From: Anaerohalosphaeraceae bacterium
Lineage (GTDB): Bacteria; Planctomycetota; Phycisphaerae; Sedimentisphaerales; Anaerohalosphaeraceae
Assembly (NCBI GenBank): GCA_963675525.2
Contig: CAXXSL010000002.1
Span: 8,323-72,322, forward strand
Reading direction: 5' to 3'
DNA: 64,000 nt
Positions 60,347 through 64,000 of this stretch are shown one piece after another; within the stretch, counting starts at the first letter, position 1; every line of letters starts with the position of its first letter. The notes under the pieces are model-generated. The model saw only the letters and a list, made by a program, of their open reading frames with translations, had not been told where the DNA came from and did not search any database. The position numbers and the translations under genes were made by a program.

Positions 60347-62371
60347 TTATGCGGTTCTTAGTTCGGCCTTAAGGTTGGTGGTCAGAGCGTCAAGAATATC
60401 ACTCTGCCAGGTGTCGACGGTTTCGTGTCTTAGGGTTCCCTGTTCGTCGCGGAAGCGGAGTGAGACGGTGACGGACTTTTTGCCGTTGGGGATGGGCTTG
60501 CCGCGGTACAGGCCGGTGAAGTCAATCTGTTCCAGTTCGGCAGGGGCTTTGCCCTGCACGGTGGCGGTAATCTGGTCCCACTGCACGGGTTCATCGACGA
60601 TGAGTGACAAATCGCGGACGATTGCGGGAAATCGCGGAATGGGCTTAGCGGTCGGGATCGCCCCGGCTTTTTCCAGCAGCACTTCGAAGTTCAACTCCGC
60701 TGCGGTGACGTCCTGCTTTTCAATATCAAACTGGTTGGCAACCTCGGCCGTCAGCAGACCCGCGCAGCCCAATATGTCGCCGTCGAGCGTAATGTCAGCG
60801 GCGGCTTGCGCCCATTTTCGTTTGGCGGGGACAAAATCGAGTTTGCTGTCCGGGCAGAGCGCGGCGACCAGGCCTTCGATAACGCCGCGCAGTGTGCGGA
60901 AATCAGTATCGGCTACAAGGGCCAGCTTTGTATGTTCATCCGGTAGTTGACCCGGCTGATGATTTTCGTCCGGGATAAACGTGTCGGCCAGTTCAAACAG
61001 CCGGCAGGGTTTATTACCAACGTTGTAGTTGGACCGCAGAACCGATACCAGTGAGCCGATGAGGTTCTGACGCAGGCAATTGGTGCTTTTGAGCACTTCC
61101 TCGCGGATCGACATATGTTGCTCAGCGGTCTGGTCAGAAAACAGCTCGGCGGTCTTTTTATCCACGAACGTGACGTTGATGGATTCATAGAAACCTGCGC
61201 CGGTCAGGAACGCACGAATTTTTTGTACGGTTTTTTCACGCTTGTTCGGCGGCGCGACTTCGATATGAATTTTCGGTTCGACCGGGATGTTGTCATAGCC
61301 GTAGCATCGCGCGGCCTCTTCGATCAAGTCGGCCTCACGATACAGGTCATGTCGCCAGCTTGGCGGGGTGCAAACGAGCAGGTTGTCATTTTTCATCTCC
61401 GGCTTGAAACCCAGCGATGAAAAGATCTTCAGCACTTTCTCTTTTGAGATTTCAATTCCCAGCAAAGCATTCATACGGGATAGCCGCATAGCAATTGTGC
61501 CGCGCTCTTTCTTTTCGGGATACGCATCGACGATGCCGCTGGCGACGGTGCCGCCGGCGGTTTCAGCGATGAGCTGCGCGATACGCGCCGAGACCCATTC
61601 AATATTTTCCGTATCGACATGCCGTTCGAATCGGAACGATGCCTCCGATGGCAGGGTCAGCTTGCGGCTGGTGGTGCGAATCGTGACCGGCTCAAAATGG
61701 GCCGCCTCCAGCAGGACATTGGTGGTTGTTTCGGACACTTCCGTATTCAGTCCGCCCATGACACCGGCAATGGCTACGGGAATCTCTGCGTCGGCGATGA
61801 CCAGCATCGCATCCTTCAAATCGCATTTGGTTTCGTCGATGCTGACGAGCTGTTCGCCGTTGGCGGCTTTGCGGACGATAATTTTTTGTCCGCCGATCTT
61901 GTCATAATCAAAGGCATGTGTCGGCTGGCCGGTTTCCATCATCACATAGTTGGTGATATCGACAACATTATTAACGCAGCGCTGGCCGATGGTTTCCAGC
62001 CGTTTTTGCAGCCACGCCGGCGAAGGGCCGATCTTGACATTTTTAATGACGCGAGCGGTATACCGATTACACAGTGCCGGTTCGTGAATTTCAACCTTGA
62101 CCAGTCCGGCAGTTGTCTCTTCAGTTTCTTTCAGATCGATCGCCGGCAGTTTGAGTTCAGTGCCGACAGCCGCGGCCAGTTCCCGTGCGATGCCGATATG
62201 CCCCAGGCAATCGCCGCGGTTGCTGGTAATCTCGACATCGATCATTGTGTCGTCCCCGACGGTCTCAGTGCTTTCGATGGGAAAGCCCAAATTGCTGAGA
62301 ATATCGGAGATTTCTTCGGCAGAAAGGCTTGTATCCACGTAATCCCGCAACCAATCCAGTGAAATTTTCAT
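60347..62371 (-). CDS. pheT: Phenylalanine-tRNA ligase beta subunit (short form)
   Basis: MKISLDWL, ITSNRGDCL, NNVVDITNYVM, PSWRHDL, C-terminal FDX-ACB (RFPAIVRDLS). Confidence 0.96.
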   Translation of the reverse strand: MKISLDWLRDYVDTSLSAEEISDILSNLGFPIESTETVGDDTMIDVEITSNRGDCLGHIGIARELAAAVGTELKLPAIDLKETEETTAGLVKVEIHEPALCNRYTARVIKNVKIGPSPAWLQKRLETIGQRCVNNVVDITNYVMMETGQPTHAFDYDKIGGQKIIVRKAANGEQLVSIDETKCDLKDAMLVIADAEIPVAIAGVMGGLNTEVSETTTNVLLEAAHFEPVTIRTTSRKLTLPSEASFRFERHVDTENIEWVSARIAQLIAETAGGTVASGIVDAYPEKKERGTIAMRLSRMNALLGIEISKEKVLKIFSSLGFKPEMKNDNLLVCTPPSWRHDLYREADLIEEAARCYGYDNIPVEPKIHIEVAPPNKREKTVQKIRAFLTGAGFYESINVTFVDKKTAELFSDQTAEQHMSIREEVLKSTNCLRQNLIGSLVSVLRSNYNVGNKPCRLFELADTFIPDENHQPGQLPDEHTKLALVADTDFRTLRGVIEGLVAALCPDSKLDFVPAKRKWAQAAADITLDGDILGCAGLLTAEVANQFDIEKQDVTAAELNFEVLLEKAGAIPTAKPIPRFPAIVRDLSLIVDEPVQWDQITATVQGKAPAELEQIDFTGLYRGKPIPNGKKSVTVSLRFRDEQGTLRHETVDTWQSDILDALTTNLKAELRTA

Positions 62372-62440
62372 CGATTTTATCTTTCAGATTTATAAATTTT
62401 TGGCCCGCATTCAATCAAAATAGGCATTTAAAAGGACGCA

Positions 62441-62469
62441 AGAATAATCCAATAATGGCTTTCTGTCAA
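62441..62469 (-). promoter_or_regulatory. Sigma70-type promoter for pheT
   Basis: TTGACA(62469-62464)-17-TATTCT(62446-62441). Confidence 0.65.
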
Positions 62470-62751
62470 TTGTTTTAAGGGATTCCCATGAGCATAAGAC
62501 TTACAAGGTCTATTATTCTTATTTTACCCAGACATGAAATCTTGACTTTTGAACGAAAAACTAACATAACCGCCTTGCTTTTTCGGAAATTCAGTCGCTA
62601 CAATAGTTATCGGATGGAGGTGTGAGGAAAGGGACAGGGTGTCACTTCTTTTCTTCCCACCGCAATAATTGATTAGGGTAAAGGATTTTACCGGACGGAG
62701 TTTGTGCGCCCGACGCTAAAGTCAGGGGGTTGTTCTTCAACACGTTTTATT

Positions 62752-63811
62752 ATGGGCAGTGCCGATCGACGACAAGATTCGCAAAGGAATGCACCGAAAA
62801 ATGATAAGCCGAATGCAGATAAGAACGTCTCCGGACGTATCAGTGCTGCACAGAACGGACAGGGTGCCGACTCTACGCTCATTGGCGCTTCCGATGCGTT
62901 TGCAGCATTGCTTGAGATGATCCAATCGATCGCCCACCGCCGCTGCTGTGTGACGATCACCGGTGAAACCGGAACCGGTAAAGAAATGGTGGCCCGAAAA
63001 ATTCACGAACACAGTGACCGCTCTAATAATCCGTTTGTTCCCGTTGACTGTACGACCCTGACGGGACAGCTCTTTGAAAGCCAGTTGTTCGGTCATGTCA
63101 AAGGAGCGTTTACCGGGGCGATCCATGATACGCTGGGTTTTTTCCGTGCGGCTGACCGCGGGTACGATATTTCTGGATGAGATCAGCGAAATTCCACTGG
63201 AGCTTCAAGCCAAACTGCTGCGTGTGCTTCAGGAAGGGTCCGTTCACCCCGGTTGGTTCTACGCAGGCCCATCCGATTGACGTGCGTGTACTGTGTGCGA
63301 CAAACCGGGATCTGAAAAAAATGGTGGACGGCAAGGAATTCCGTGCGGACCTTTACTATCGCGTCAATGTGGTCAATCTGGAGATTCCGCCGCTTCGACA
63401 GCGGCCCGAAGATATTTTGCCTTTGGCGAACCATTTCCTGGCCAATATCGCGGATTTCTATGATGAAACGGCTAAGGTACTTTCGCAGCGCACTGAAGAG
63501 GATGCTGTTGAAGTATCACTGGCCGGGCAATGTGCGTGAGATGGCCAATGCCATGGAGCGGTGCCATGTGCTGACGAAAAGCGGGGTCATCGAGCCGGCG
63601 ACGCTGCCGGTGGAAGTCCTGATGTTCTCCTAACGCCGAGAAAAATGTCGACAGCCCCTTGCCCACACTGGATGCGGCGAAAGAGCGGCTGATCACCGAG
63701 GCGCTGAAAGTGACCGGCGGACGAAAAGTTGCAGCCGCAAGAATTCTTGGGATCGACCGAAGAAAACTGTCCCGGCTGATCGAACGGCTCAATATCACCA
63801 TCCCCAAGTAG
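62752..63811 (+). CDS. Sigma54-dependent enhancer-binding protein (AAA+ and Fis HTH), frameshifted
   Basis: [53 protein letters not shown]; about 4 shifts (near 63160, 63240, 63500, 63630); stop at 63811. Confidence 0.88.
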
Positions 63812-64000
63812 AATAGAATTTTGGTTTTCAGGTCTCAGCTTGTAATATCGCGTCTACCCCCGCGCTTTTATTATATTATTTTAGTGAATTTATTTGTGAT
63901 TCCTCGCTATTCTTTGGTGCAATACGATCAATAAAGTTGAAAATTGCACGATGGCCCTCCGGCAATTGGTTGTTCACGAAATACTGCGCGATGTTCAGCG

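Noticed and set aside
63812..64000. Sigma54 promoter downstream of the activator
   Set aside because: No convincing TGGCAC-N5-TTGC; only a weak GTGCAAT/ATTGCAC inverted repeat.

Overview
64 kb of bacterial chromosome, inferred to be Planctomycetota (probably Phycisphaerae/Sedimentisphaerales) from H-X9-DG domains, planctomycete-type secretin modules and a short PheT. Housekeeping genes (rluD-like, rsmA, pdxA, riboflavin synthase, leuA-C-D-B, pheT, archaeal-type thyA, Fe-S fumarase alpha) are interleaved with accessory blocks. These include two TonB-dependent receptors, an S55 peptidase/beta-propeller pair, a two-component/ArnT block, a MarR-SGNH-Lnt unit, a GH42/GH29 island bounded by a duplicated gene end, and a FIST-histidine kinase pair. 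The best candidate for an undescribed system is a 13 kb minus-strand operon (21180-34235). It has three TACGAA-N4-TTCGTA operators and blaI, then a BlaR1/M56 sensor fused to pilin-like and secretin-like domains, an LRR protein with the same modules, and three paralogous secreted proteins. The leu operon has a probable leaderless leader peptide and a four-helix-bundle gene flanked by inverted repeats. Frameshifts cluster in accessory genes and may be sequencing indels. I saw no rRNA, tRNA, CRISPR, integrase or transposase. All family calls come from motif recognition, not database searches.
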